NCBI RefSeq assembly: GCF_001194135.2
Contig: NC_069008.1
Location: forward strand, 17,894,630 to 17,958,629
Source: Octopus bimaculoides
Taxonomy: Eukaryota
DNA length: 64,000 nucleotides
Direction: 5' to 3'
Shown piece by piece: positions 63,838-64,000 of the stretch; the stretch's first letter is position 1, and each line of letters starts with the position of its first letter. The position numbers were made by a program, and so were the translations under genes. A model generated the notes under the pieces. The model did not search any database, had not been told where the DNA came from, and saw only the letters and a program-made list of their open reading frames with translations.

Positions 63838-64000
63838 TGGCTGTGTGGTAAGTAGTTTGCTTACCAACTACATGGTTCCAGGTTCATTCCCACTGCACGG
63901 CACCTTGGGCAAGTGTCTTCTACTATAGCCTCGGGCCGACCAAAACCTTGTGAGTGGATTTGGTAGACAGAGACTGAAAGAAGTCCGTTATATATATATA

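Overview
Eukaryotic, AT-rich, microsatellite- and gap-rich genomic DNA. The repeat content suggests an octopus (coleoid cephalopod); this is an inference. The + strand carries most of a multi-exon WD40 gene that matches WDR49/CFAP337 as I recall it. I traced 15 core exons with GT-AG boundaries and compatible phases from 13038 to 32030. There are also weaker candidates at 3132-3210, 39390-39530 and 41138-41184, and a candidate 42-nt cassette exon at 17105-17146. The EF-hand exons and one WD40 exon appear to lie in assembly gaps. The - strand carries a single-exon GT31 beta-1,3-galactosyltransferase CDS (43065-44837), probably tail-to-tail with WDR49. The rest is transposon debris: tRNA-derived SINEs, RTE LINE fragments, RLE (R4/Dong-like) and Penelope-like remnants, Tc1/mariner and piggyBac-type MITEs, and a solo-LTR-like element with a 5-bp TSD. 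The most notable observations are (1) three distinct minimal hammerhead-ribozyme-like motifs, one with a canonical core, in a window with several Penelope-like remnants; (2) a GAPDH fragment fused to an RTE LINE; (3) inverted repeats bracketing a WDR49 exon; and (4) a (TAA)n-embedded Dong-like insertion. No database searches were run, so all homology calls rest on recognised motifs.
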